From the NCBI GenBank assembly GCA_017537405.1, contig JAFYKU010000056.1, positions 1 to 40,666 of the forward strand: a DNA stretch of 40,666 nucleotides, written 5' to 3'. Shown here piece after piece: positions 1-9,037 of the stretch. Under the pieces are notes generated by a model. That model was not told where the DNA came from and ran no database searches. It saw only the letters and a list, made by a program, of their open reading frames with translations. How positions within the stretch are numbered: position 1 is the stretch's first letter; each line of letters starts with the position of its first letter. A program made the position numbers and the translations under genes. The stretch comes from Clostridia bacterium. Lineage in GTDB: Bacteria > Bacillota > Clostridia > Christensenellales > UBA1242.

Positions 1-2
1 AT

Positions 3-692
3 TTGTTTATGAGTGATAATATAATTTATCCTAATACGAAGTCTTCTAACATTTTAAAGTTTGATGGTTTAAATACCAAGGAAGTCAAAAAAATATTTCT
101 ATTTATTGCAGACGAAATTCATGAAGCATTTTGTTGTTATTATATTTCTGGTAGCTTATATGATGAAATAGGTTATAGATATTTTAGAAAGCCTAATTCT
201 AATATAAAGCTTGAAAATAAATGGTATATATATGCAATTGATGCATTTGAAAAAAGACTGGAATTAATACTAGATAAATTATATGATAGCCAAAAAAACA
301 ATTATTCGATTTTTAATATATTAAATCATTTCGCAATTGAAGAAAATTTAAATAAAATTTGTAACACACAACAAAAAAAAAGTTTGTTTTTATCTTTACT
401 TGAAACTTATAACAATAAATGCTTGAATTTTAGAAAAAAATTAATGGATAGAAGAAATAATTTTAATGTACACATAGGTAATCGAATATTTGATGAAAAT
501 TTTAAGGAAAACCTTATATTTGGGACTCAAGAGTGTCTAGAATTATTATGCTATGCACATAATGCGTTATGCGAATTGTATCAATTTATGTTTGATGAAA
601 TATTATCTATATCTTCAGAATTTGAAGGGGAATTACATTATCAAATTAAAAAATTTATTTCAAACTTGAATGATAAAGGTAACCTAGAATAG
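3..692 (+). CDS. hypothetical protein, very AT-rich, possibly 5'-truncated at the window edge; weak HEPN-like Rx5H motif
   Basis: The ORF is open from the window edge (TTG at 3, first ATG at 9). It is visibly more AT-rich than the housekeeping genes. The motif MDRRNNFNVH lies at nt 450-473. The stop codon overlaps the hairpin ggtaacc-tagaata-ggttacc at 678-698. I recognise no family. Confidence 0.5.
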   Translation: MFMSDNIIYPNTKSSNILKFDGLNTKEVKKIFLFIADEIHEAFCCYYISGSLYDEIGYRYFRKPNSNIKLENKWYIYAIDAFEKRLELILDKLYDSQKNNYSIFNILNHFAIEENLNKICNTQQKKSLFLSLLETYNNKCLNFRKKLMDRRNNFNVHIGNRIFDENFKENLIFGTQECLELLCYAHNALCELYQFMFDEILSISSEFEGELHYQIKKFISNLNDKGNLE

Positions 693-824
693 GTTACCCT
701 ATGTTTTTGCGTTTGTGCATACTATAATTTTGTTTTCGCCTATGTGAAGGGTTGGTGCACCAAACACGAGGTAAAATGCAAAACACTTATCTAAAAAAAG
801 ACACCATTTCAGTGCCTTTTTTGA

Positions 825-1766
825 TTATTTTATTTTTCCTGCTTCCTGGATTAATAATTTCATTGCTGGAACCAATTCATTTAATACTTTTGGATTAGCC
901 CTAAGGCTTCTGATAAAATCTTCTTTTAAGTACGCAGAGTTAGTGTCAATGATTAAAGTTGTTTTCTTTTTTGTTTCTTTCTTCTCAATAGTGCGCAATA
1001 AAATTTCTTCCTCTTTAAATGCATGGTCTAAAAAGCTAAATTTTTTATTTTTTTTGCCATTCAATTTTTCACTTATCACACTGTTACCATATAAGTGATT
1101 TTGGTCTAGGTCATTTCTGTTTTCAATAAAAGATGAACAACCAACTGTATTTAAAGTTATTAAATCAATAGTCGTTGCTGTACCATTTCCTTCTAGGTTA
1201 ATTGATTTCGGCAAATCGTCCCAATTTAAAACTCGCCAAGAAATTTGTTTGTTTGTTTTTTTACCTGTATAAATATCAAACTCTTTACCAATTTTCATAC
1301 AATGACATTTTTTATGTTCATCTTCATATTCATATGGTAAATAATTATCATATTTTTCAACCAACGCTAAATAAGCCGCAAGGTCAACACGCATACACAA
1401 ACGCAACATGCGTATGGTATTCTTAAAATAATCATGAACACTTTCAATATCTGTTTTTTTCAGCGCAATCTTTTCAAAACAATAAACACCATCACGCATT
1501 ACGCGAATGGGAAGTTGATCGCCATCAACACCAACACAACCTTCCGCTTTTGAGCCCGAATAAATTTTCGTCAAAGCATCATTGCGCAACCAATAAGTGT
1601 TTAATGTTGGAATTTTATTATCGTATTCTTGTTTAACAATAAAATCTTTTGATGCAAAATTAAACTTTTCCTCAAGCTCTTCGTAGCTAGGCAAATATAT
1701 CCGATTTGTAACCTCACTATCACCAGAACCAACTTTTGTCGGTACAATAAAATCTCTTAATTCCAT
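825..1766 (-). CDS. DUF6273-like permuted paralog (shortest and most degenerate member, no ATPase)
   Basis: The N-terminal half carries IYLPSYEELE, YWLRNDA and LRLCMRVDLAAYLAL. The C-terminal half carries ISWRVLNWDDLPKSINLEGNGTATTIDL, a weakened LYGNSVISEKLNG and FLDHAFKEEE. A Shine-Dalgarno sequence (aaaaggat) lies upstream of the ATG. Confidence 0.8.
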   Translation of the reverse strand: MELRDFIVPTKVGSGDSEVTNRIYLPSYEELEEKFNFASKDFIVKQEYDNKIPTLNTYWLRNDALTKIYSGSKAEGCVGVDGDQLPIRVMRDGVYCFEKIALKKTDIESVHDYFKNTIRMLRLCMRVDLAAYLALVEKYDNYLPYEYEDEHKKCHCMKIGKEFDIYTGKKTNKQISWRVLNWDDLPKSINLEGNGTATTIDLITLNTVGCSSFIENRNDLDQNHLYGNSVISEKLNGKKNKKFSFLDHAFKEEEILLRTIEKKETKKKTTLIIDTNSAYLKEDFIRSLRANPKVLNELVPAMKLLIQEAGKIK

Positions 1767-1792
1767 ATGTTATCCTTTTAATTATTTTTCTC

Positions 1793-1822
1793 ATTTTAAC
1801 ATAATCACAAATCATTTTTCAA
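1793..1822 (-). promoter_or_regulatory. putative sigma-70 promoter of the 825-1766 paralog
   Basis: On the minus strand the -35 is TTGAAA (1817-1822). An 18-nt spacer follows, then an extended -10 TGtTAAAAT (-10 at 1793-1798). The -35 sits inside the conserved motif GACTCTTGAA. Confidence 0.5.
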
Positions 1823-1919
1823 GAGTCACAGCTTACTTTTTTTATTAATTTTTTAATTCTATCGTTTAAATGCAAATTTCCTTACCACTAAATCCAGTTT
1901 TGTGTATATTGGTTAAAAA

Positions 1920-3083
1920 TTAAAGTTGGTTTTCTTGGTTGGCATTAGTGATTTGTTCCGTATTTTGATAATTCTTAAAAACACTCGGATTCGCTTCAAT
2001 CGTCGGTATGAACTTTTTCTTTCCATAGAAACGAATAGCGCGGATATGTTCAATGAGACTATCCATAGCTTCGTTTATAAAATTTTGTTGTATAAAATTA
2101 CCACCACGCGGTGCACCGTAAACCTGTAAACCATTATGCTGAATATAATTAACATTATAGCCGTTTAAATAACCGCGTAATGTACTGTTTTGCCATAAAT
2201 GGTTGTGTTTATCTTCTGTGTTCGGATAAAAAGGAATTCCCGCTATAATCGCTGATTTCGTGCGTAATTTAATTGTATCTGCTTGGTTTGTACCTTTGGG
2301 GTTTAATGCCGTGGGCAAATCGTTCCAATTTTCAATTTCCCAAACAATCGGTTCAACCTTTACCCAATAACCATTGTTACCTCTGAAACCTTTATCAACA
2401 CGCACATACTTTTCGCCATCAATTTCATATTCGTCATATTGCGATAGACGCTGACGCTTATTATTATAGCGGCCAGTATAAGTTTTGCCGGTTGATTTTA
2501 AAATCCCATCTTCCCATTTTTTTTCTAACTCATAATTTATTTCATCACCTACATACGAAGTAGGGTATGTCCCCAAATTCATCTGACCTATACCCAAAGC
2601 AAAACAATTATTATGTTTGTTTTGTTTCGTTTGGTATTTTAAAACAGCCAAACATGCGTCAATTTCTAATTGCACACACGGACGAATTGCGTGTGGCAAA
2701 ATATTTTCTTTCATATTAACTGAATCAATCCGCCCAGACTCATCAATCACACTTACGCGGCGTAAATCATTGTCAAAAACATCTTGCTCCGCAGTACGCA
2801 GCCATGTACGGCAACCAACTCTTGATTTTGTTTGATTGATAGCCAGTTTTGCGTGTAAATCATTACGGTCTTCAAAATAAACTGCTTTGTTTAAAATCGC
2901 GTAATCTGTTGGAAAAGTTAAATTGGCTTTATCTCCTGATTTGTACTGAAACAAATGCATCGCAGCTTCATATTGCGAATCCAAATAAAAATAGTCATGA
3001 GTATCAAATCGATGATCAAACTCACAACCATAATTATCAGTATTACCTAAAGTCGTAATCGAAATTAAATCACAAAAATCCAT
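1920..3083 (-). CDS. DUF6273-like permuted paralog (no ATPase)
   Basis: Motifs are FYLDSQYEAA, TWLRTAEQ and IRPCVQLEIDACLAV. They are followed by PTGKTYTG...KYVRV...YWVKVEPIVWEIENWNDLPTALNP...IPFYPN...LWQNSTLRGYLNGYNV...NFINEAM. Confidence 0.85.
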   Translation of the reverse strand: MDFCDLISITTLGNTDNYGCEFDHRFDTHDYFYLDSQYEAAMHLFQYKSGDKANLTFPTDYAILNKAVYFEDRNDLHAKLAINQTKSRVGCRTWLRTAEQDVFDNDLRRVSVIDESGRIDSVNMKENILPHAIRPCVQLEIDACLAVLKYQTKQNKHNNCFALGIGQMNLGTYPTSYVGDEINYELEKKWEDGILKSTGKTYTGRYNNKRQRLSQYDEYEIDGEKYVRVDKGFRGNNGYWVKVEPIVWEIENWNDLPTALNPKGTNQADTIKLRTKSAIIAGIPFYPNTEDKHNHLWQNSTLRGYLNGYNVNYIQHNGLQVYGAPRGGNFIQQNFINEAMDSLIEHIRAIRFYGKKKFIPTIEANPSVFKNYQNTEQITNANQENQL

Positions 3084-3089
3084 TAAGAT

Positions 3090-3118
3090 AATTTATCAAA
3101 TTTTGCAATCAATTTCAA
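3090..3118 (-). promoter_or_regulatory. putative promoter of the 1920-3083 paralog, probably leaderless
   Basis: On the minus strand the -35 is TTGAAA (3113-3118). A 17-nt spacer precedes the -10 TAAATT (3090-3095). Only 6 nt separate the -10 from the ATG at 3083, and there is no Shine-Dalgarno sequence. Confidence 0.45.
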
Positions 3119-3134
3119 GTAGCGCCTTTTTTTA

Positions 3135-5261
3135 TCAGTTTTTTTCAAGACTTGGTTTTTCCGCTCTAACTTCTTGTTGTTTTAATTGCTTTAAAAAGAT
3201 TGCTTTTTCCGGGGTGTTTGCCCATGCTTCATCGAAAACCGCTAAAATTTCATGGTTGAATTCTTTATTAATAAATTGACGCACAGTAGCCACTTCATCC
3301 ATTTTCGCATAACGCCACATCATAGCCATCGCATATTGCATATCTAAATTATGGGGAATTTCGTGACGAGCATAATTACCACTGACGATGTCTTGTACCG
3401 TGAGGGCAGGTGTCTTTGCAAATGTCATAAATGTATCCGCTAACATCGGCCCAATTTTATTACGGATTAATTCTAAATAAATTGTATTACCGTTATCATA
3501 AATCATATCACTGATTTGTTGCCAACCACGCGGATCAATCTTATATTTAGGCGGATTATCCTGGTCATACTGTGGACAAAAACATTCCATACCAACCGAA
3601 GCCACAAAGGCCGCTACCAACGGGTGAATATTGAGACGACCTTGTTGCGCTTTATGGGGATCTTCATTAGGCTCGCTTGCCCATTCTAACCACTCCGGAA
3701 TGTTAGGCTTAATGTAAACATGACCGAAGAAACGACGCTCTAACGGTTCTGCCATTTGATAAGCGGCTAAACTTTCTTCTAAACTGTTACCCGCCGCCAC
3801 GACCGATACATTGGCTGGCAACTTACCAATATTTGGACCAATTGAGTGTTCCAAAATAATATGAAATACTGCAGATTGTTCTTGCTCGCGCACATTCGTA
3901 ATCTCATCAATAAACAACACATGTTGCTTGTTTGGCTCTTGCGCGCACTTTTCACACAAATCGTTATACCATGCTGGTGCCTGCCATTGAGCAGAGTTCA
4001 CATTCTTTTCATCAAGAAAAATATTCTTACCAATAATTTCTTCCGGCAACATTCCATTGCGTAAAGTAATAGAAACAAAGTCGGGATCAATTTTTTTCAC
4101 ACGATGTGATTTACCAATCCCACTGGGACCATGTAACATCACCGTGTGTCCGTTTTGGATATATTTTTGTAATTGCTCATTAATCGACAAAGGTTTTTCT
4201 TGGATTTTAATTCCCCAACCCAACCGAGCTTTTTGATAAATATCAATTGTTTTTAACAACTCAATTTCGCGTGTAAATGCTTGTTGGATAAAATTATAAT
4301 GCGTAAAATCGCCACCACACGGAGCAGTGTAATCAGTATTTCCATTTTCTTTAATGTTATTAACATTAATACCGTTCAAAAATCCACGCAGCGAACTATT
4401 TTGCCACAAGTTATTATTATCATCAGTAAGATTTGGATAAAAAGGAATTCCCGCCATTAATACATATTTTGACGCTAAATCTAAACATACTGCGGTACCG
4501 CTACCTTGCGGATTAATCGAAGTTGGTAAATCTTTCCAATTTTCAATTTCCCAAACCAAAGGCACAACTTCTACCCAATAACCATCATTGCGTGGTCCTT
4601 TATTCACCCGCACATAGCGTTTACCATTAACTTCGTATTCAAAATAATAATTTGGTTTGTCATTTTTTTTATCAAAACAACCAGTGTAAGTTTTCCCCGT
4701 CGGAACAATCACGCGATGTTCCAAAGCTTCTTCTAGTTGTTTGTTAAATTTATCGCCAACATATTTTTGCGGGTACTCACCAAACAGCAAAACACCGTTT
4801 TGACCTTCAACATGCTGAACACTTAAAGTCTGTTGGTCATCTTTTTGATTCTTGTCCAACCAACTTCGCACTTTCAAAAATTCTAACAAATCCATGCGCG
4901 TGCGCGGAGATATACCTTGCGATAAATTTCTTTCACTTGGTGTGACAAAAAATTTTTTACCTGCTTCATTGCGAATACAAACACGACCAATCCCTAAACC
5001 ATCTTGTCCACCTGTTCGCAACCAAACACGGCAAGACGGAAACTTACCCAAAACTTCAGGATTAAAATTTTCATCTTTCGTATTTAATGCTTTATTTAAA
5101 ATTGCAAAATCTGTGGCTTGCGTTAATTGTGGGTCATCATAATCTCCCTCAATAAAAAACATATCACGCGTATTAAAATCTTGGCTTCCCCAATATCCAC
5201 TTAAATCCGTATTTAATAAAACCTTGGGGTTTAACAAATCATTAATTAACATACCATCCAA
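3135..5261 (-). CDS. DUF6273-like permuted head fused to a C-terminal MoxR/AAA_5-like AAA+ ATPase
   Basis: The head (about 4190-5261) carries VWLRTGGQ, GISPRTRMDLLEF, VWEIENWKDLPTSINPQGSGTA, LWQNSSLRGFLNG and NFIQQAF. In the ATPase, Walker A GPSGIGKS is at 4107-4130 and Walker B VLFIDEI at 3900-3920. Sensor-1 is VVAAGN and the Arg-finger region is EPLERRF. A lid-like C-terminus follows. Confidence 0.9.
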   Translation of the reverse strand: MDGMLINDLLNPKVLLNTDLSGYWGSQDFNTRDMFFIEGDYDDPQLTQATDFAILNKALNTKDENFNPEVLGKFPSCRVWLRTGGQDGLGIGRVCIRNEAGKKFFVTPSERNLSQGISPRTRMDLLEFLKVRSWLDKNQKDDQQTLSVQHVEGQNGVLLFGEYPQKYVGDKFNKQLEEALEHRVIVPTGKTYTGCFDKKNDKPNYYFEYEVNGKRYVRVNKGPRNDGYWVEVVPLVWEIENWKDLPTSINPQGSGTAVCLDLASKYVLMAGIPFYPNLTDDNNNLWQNSSLRGFLNGINVNNIKENGNTDYTAPCGGDFTHYNFIQQAFTREIELLKTIDIYQKARLGWGIKIQEKPLSINEQLQKYIQNGHTVMLHGPSGIGKSHRVKKIDPDFVSITLRNGMLPEEIIGKNIFLDEKNVNSAQWQAPAWYNDLCEKCAQEPNKQHVLFIDEITNVREQEQSAVFHIILEHSIGPNIGKLPANVSVVAAGNSLEESLAAYQMAEPLERRFFGHVYIKPNIPEWLEWASEPNEDPHKAQQGRLNIHPLVAAFVASVGMECFCPQYDQDNPPKYKIDPRGWQQISDMIYDNGNTIYLELIRNKIGPMLADTFMTFAKTPALTVQDIVSGNYARHEIPHNLDMQYAMAMMWRYAKMDEVATVRQFINKEFNHEILAVFDEAWANTPEKAIFLKQLKQQEVRAEKPSLEKN

Positions 5262-5316
5262 TCCTTTCTTTATAGATTAACATTTCAATCACTCAAATTC
5301 AAGAGTCAAACCAAGT

Positions 5317-7308
5317 TTATTTTTCTAATTCAGATTTTATGTTTTTTACTACCAAAGCTCGCGCTCCATCATAAACGGATAAAATTTCCTCACCAAATTC
5401 CCGGCTAATAAATTCACGAATCACTGGAACTTGTTCTGGTTTCGCATAACGCCACGCCATGGCTAAAATATATTGCTGGTCAAACTTGCGTGGTATTTCA
5501 ATTTGTGAATAATTTTTGTTCACAATATCTTCTGCCGTCAGTGGTGGGTTCTTCGCAAACGCCACCAAAGCATTTGTCAATAACGGTCCGATTTTATTCG
5601 CGATGATTTCTTTGTAAATCATGCCACCGTTATCATAAATTAAATCACTCACTTGTTCCCAAGCGCGTGGGTCAATTTTATAATTATATTTCTTGGTATC
5701 ATCTGGGTCTGGCTGCGGACAGAAGACTGCATCTCTCATGGAAGCCACGAAAGCCGTCACTAATGGATGCACATTTAAATGTCCTTTATCTTCGTTCATA
5801 CGATTGGCCCAATCTAACCAATCCATGATGTTGGGTTCAAAATAAATGTGACCATAAAATCTTCGCTCTAACGGTTCCGCTATTTGATAAGCTGCCGTAC
5901 TTTTTTCCATACTATTACCCGCCGCCACAATGGAAACATTGTCTGGTAATTTGCCGCAGTTTGGCGTCACCGAACGATCTAATACAATATGAAACACCGC
6001 AGATTGTTCTTGTTCACGCACATTAGTTAATTCATCAATAAATAAAATATGGCGCTTGTGCGGTTCTTTGGCACATTTTTCACATAAATCTGTATACCAC
6101 GCTGGTGCTTGCCATTGTGCCGATTTTACATCTTTTTCATTAATAAAAATATTTTTGCCAATAATCTCTTCCGGCAACATTCCATTGCGCAAAGTTAATG
6201 AAACATAGTTTGGGTCAATTTCTTGCACGCGCCGCGATTTACCAATTCCACTGGGACCATGTAACATCACAGGATGTCCATGTTCAATATATTTGCGTAA
6301 CTGCTCGGTTTCATTTAAAGATTGTTGACTTAAATTCACACCCCAACCTTTGCGATTAATTTTATTTTGACATTCAATGGTTTGCAATAATTCTTTTTCT
6401 TTTGTAAAGGCTTCATCGATAAAATTGTGTTCAGTAAAATTACCAGCGTTCAACATCGACAAATCATAACCATTTAAATAACCACGCAGGGTACTATTTT
6501 GCCATAGCGTCTTATTATTTTTAAATTTAAACTTTGCCGGATCAAAATTACTCGTACGATAAAATGGAATACCAAAATTAATAACATTGCGCGTGATTAG
6601 CTTAATTGTTTGCGCTTTGCCATTTCCTTGTGCATTAATTTCGCGCGGCAGCTCGTGCCAATTCGTGACAATCCAAGCCAACGGTTTATTAGCTAAATAA
6701 TAGATTCGATTATTTGTGGCAACCTTGACATATTTTTGGCCATCTAATTCACGCTCAGAACACAAAACAGGTTGCCCAATAATTTTATCAAAAGCTAACA
6801 GATATTTACGATTTGTCTTCACTAAACGGTCTTTTTCATTTTCAAAATTCCTATCGCCGTTCACCACAACTTGCGGATATTCACCAAAATCCAATAATAT
6901 GTAATCATGTTCTTTATCTTCAGGGTCTCGATAAAAAGCGTATCTTTCATCATCATGACGCTTTTTCATAGCTTCTTGTAAATCTAAATAAGCATTAATG
7001 TCTAAATTCATGCACGGACGCAAACCAATATTTATATCATCATAAAAAGCTGAACGCAGTCCATAATTTACATCATAATAATTAATTTTATCCGTTTCAA
7101 ACGCCGCACGGTCCCGCGTCCAAAAAGAACCATTTTTCTCAAAACCTTGCGGATTATTTTTAAACCCAATTTCAGCTAAACCAACCGTTTTAATATCAAA
7201 TAAAATACTCTGCGCAATTTCATTTGTGGACGGTAAAAAAATGCGATCACTGATTTTTGCATCTTCTAAATTTGTCGAGACAATAATATCTTCTAAACGC
7301 ATACTCAT
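5317..7308 (-). CDS. DUF6273-like permuted head fused to a C-terminal MoxR/AAA_5-like AAA+ ATPase (second copy)
   Basis: The head carries RIFLPSTNEIAQ, FWTRDRA, GLRPCMNLDINAYLDL, LAWIVTNWHELPREINAQGNGKA, LWQNSTLRGYLNGYDL and NFIDEAF. In the ATPase, Walker A GPSGIGKS is at 6235-6258. It also has ILFIDELT, IVAAGN and EPLERRF. This half is very similar to the ATPase half of 3135-5261. Confidence 0.9.
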   Translation of the reverse strand: MSMRLEDIIVSTNLEDAKISDRIFLPSTNEIAQSILFDIKTVGLAEIGFKNNPQGFEKNGSFWTRDRAAFETDKINYYDVNYGLRSAFYDDINIGLRPCMNLDINAYLDLQEAMKKRHDDERYAFYRDPEDKEHDYILLDFGEYPQVVVNGDRNFENEKDRLVKTNRKYLLAFDKIIGQPVLCSERELDGQKYVKVATNNRIYYLANKPLAWIVTNWHELPREINAQGNGKAQTIKLITRNVINFGIPFYRTSNFDPAKFKFKNNKTLWQNSTLRGYLNGYDLSMLNAGNFTEHNFIDEAFTKEKELLQTIECQNKINRKGWGVNLSQQSLNETEQLRKYIEHGHPVMLHGPSGIGKSRRVQEIDPNYVSLTLRNGMLPEEIIGKNIFINEKDVKSAQWQAPAWYTDLCEKCAKEPHKRHILFIDELTNVREQEQSAVFHIVLDRSVTPNCGKLPDNVSIVAAGNSMEKSTAAYQIAEPLERRFYGHIYFEPNIMDWLDWANRMNEDKGHLNVHPLVTAFVASMRDAVFCPQPDPDDTKKYNYKIDPRAWEQVSDLIYDNGGMIYKEIIANKIGPLLTNALVAFAKNPPLTAEDIVNKNYSQIEIPRKFDQQYILAMAWRYAKPEQVPVIREFISREFGEEILSVYDGARALVVKNIKSELEK

Positions 7309-7319
7309 TTTTCATAAAC

Positions 7320-7349
7320 AGCATACCACTGATAACCCAACATTTTCAA
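7320..7349 (-). promoter_or_regulatory. putative promoter of the 5317-7308 gene
   Basis: On the minus strand the -35 is TTGAAA (7344-7349) inside the motif AACTCTTGAAAA. An 18-nt spacer precedes an extended -10 TGgTATGCT (-10 at 7320-7325). Confidence 0.4.
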
Positions 7350-7360
7350 GAGTTATCAAA

Positions 7361-7771
7361 TTATTCCGCTTGATAAAGCAAACAAAAATCTTTAATTACT
7401 GGGGATACATTATCAATCTGTTTCGCTGTTACAATGATTTGCGTTTCTTGCGGGAAAGCGAAACCATTTAAACCTTTATATTTTAAGATGCCACAAAACT
7501 TTGCTTGTTCACTGAATGGCAAAGCATCAATCCCATCGATACAAAGTAAAATTTTCTTTTTGGCGTGTGCTTTCATCATCAAAGTTAATAACCACTTCGG
7601 ATGTTGATAACCTTTATCTTGCGGAATAATACCCAATTCCGCTGACGGAGTAGTGGCAGGAAGCACAACAGCATCCGGAAAATTTTTCGCTGACACGCCG
7701 CCAATCACAAATGGCTGACTAGTTAGTTTAGTTAAAATATCACGGATAACTTTTTGCGATGCTTGTGTCAT
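7361..7771 (-). CDS. small degenerate AAA+ core remnant with no functional Walker A/B, translationally coupled to the upstream paralog
   Basis: It aligns by eye to the ATPase cores of the two fusions. VIGGVSAKN stands in place of LHGPSGIGKS. ILLCIDGIDALPFSEQAKF stands in place of VLFIDEITNVREQEQSAVF. IIVTAK stands in place of VVAAGN. It ends before the Arg-finger and lid. An ATGA start/stop overlap with the 7768-8952 gene lies at 7768-7771. Confidence 0.65.
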   Translation of the reverse strand: MTQASQKVIRDILTKLTSQPFVIGGVSAKNFPDAVVLPATTPSAELGIIPQDKGYQHPKWLLTLMMKAHAKKKILLCIDGIDALPFSEQAKFCGILKYKGLNGFAFPQETQIIVTAKQIDNVSPVIKDFCLLYQAE

Positions 7772-8952
7772 AATGATTTTCCTATTTCGGTTGCTTTTGA
7801 ATTCATTTTTAATGCGTTTTGTTTGATTGGGCGTTGTCGCGATTTTTTATTATCTTTTAATAAATTAATTTCTTGAATTAAACCCTTGACGCGTCCCATT
7901 GCTTCATTTAAAAAATTATGGTCTTTAAAATTTCCACCACACAAGGCAATGTGTTCAAGGTTTCTAATATTACGATTTTCAATACTGCGCAAATCATAAC
8001 CATTTAAATAACCACGCAATGAACTGTTTACCCATAAATTTGCATCAGGGTGGTTTTGATTAATATTAAAAGGAATACCACCGATAATTGCTTTTTGCGC
8101 GCGAAGTTTAATTACGGCAGCGGTGCCGTTACCTTCCGGATTAATCTCTTTGGGTAAATCAGACCAATTTTCAATATCCCAAAGAATTGGCTCTACATCA
8201 AACCAATAACCAACACTAGGGTTATCACAACCATATCGCACCATTTTAATAGGCCAGGGAAGATTGTATTCATATTCCACACCTTCACTAAATTTTCCCG
8301 TACTAGCATCATAACTACCAATAAAAGTTTTACCCGTTGGAATTAAATCACCAGCTCTTACTTGTTCTTCTTTTTCCTCATCACAATAATTGTAATTAAT
8401 TTCTTGATAAAAAGTTGTATTACGGCAGGAATGTGATTGGGGAAATTCTCCCAATTTCATTAATGGACCATTCCATTTTGAATCTTTACAAATCTGAAAT
8501 TCTGAACCCCAATAACCAATACGATCTAAACCTTTTCTGATTTGCAAAAAGGTTGGTATATCTAAAGATAAACAAGGACGAACTCCAATATTTTCTCCAT
8601 TTTCGTGTGAAGTTGAATATTTCATTTCACCTTCCGCATCAACAAGCGCAACTTGATTTTCATGATTAGAACGAAGATAATAATTACACGCTGATTTCAT
8701 TCCAGAAACTTTATTTTCCATTAATTTCCAATTCAAATCACCATGTCCTTTGTAAGGTATGGCATGATTAATCAAAGCATACGAGGTTGGGAAACATCGA
8801 TTTAAACTACTTTCTTCTGACGCATGGGCTTCAAACTCAGGGATTGATTCCACAAAAACTCGGTCTTGCGTATCCCAAGCAGAGTTACCAATACAACCAT
8901 ATGGTGTTGTGTTACTTAAATTTGTTTCAATAATTAAATTAGATAATTCCAT
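7768..8952 (-). CDS. DUF6273-like permuted paralog (no ATPase)
   Basis: Motifs are YYLRSNH, GVRPCLSLDIPTFLQI, PTGKTFIG, ILWDIENWSDLPKEINPEGNGTA, LWVNSSLRGYLNGYDL and NFLNEAM. I chose the start at the internal MELSNLIIETNL (8952). It matches the N-termini of the sibling genes and has the Shine-Dalgarno sequence AAGGAatttgatATG. The ORF track extends to 9009. Confidence 0.8.
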   Translation of the reverse strand: MELSNLIIETNLSNTTPYGCIGNSAWDTQDRVFVESIPEFEAHASEESSLNRCFPTSYALINHAIPYKGHGDLNWKLMENKVSGMKSACNYYLRSNHENQVALVDAEGEMKYSTSHENGENIGVRPCLSLDIPTFLQIRKGLDRIGYWGSEFQICKDSKWNGPLMKLGEFPQSHSCRNTTFYQEINYNYCDEEKEEQVRAGDLIPTGKTFIGSYDASTGKFSEGVEYEYNLPWPIKMVRYGCDNPSVGYWFDVEPILWDIENWSDLPKEINPEGNGTAAVIKLRAQKAIIGGIPFNINQNHPDANLWVNSSLRGYLNGYDLRSIENRNIRNLEHIALCGGNFKDHNFLNEAMGRVKGLIQEINLLKDNKKSRQRPIKQNALKMNSKATEIGKSL

Positions 8953-9037
8953 ATCAAATTCCTTAATATAGCATAAGCTCTTAATTTTCAATTTGCAATA
9001 CCCATTCAAAAAAAACTTTTATGAAATATTTTTCTGT

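Noticed and set aside
786-824. A possible bidirectional terminator lies between the convergent genes at 692 and 825 (aaaaaaagacaccatttcagtgcctttttt).
   Set aside because: The stem pairs poorly (gacac against gtgcc). The A and T runs alone are not enough. The hairpin overlapping the stop codon at 678-698 is a better candidate for the plus-strand gene.
8953-9009. The ORF track gives a longer N-terminus (MNGYCKLKIKSLCYIKEFD) for the 7768 paralog.
   Set aside because: The internal ATG at 8952 has a proper AAGGA Shine-Dalgarno sequence. It also yields an N-terminus (MELSNLIIETNL) colinear with all sibling paralogs. The extension would cover that Shine-Dalgarno sequence.
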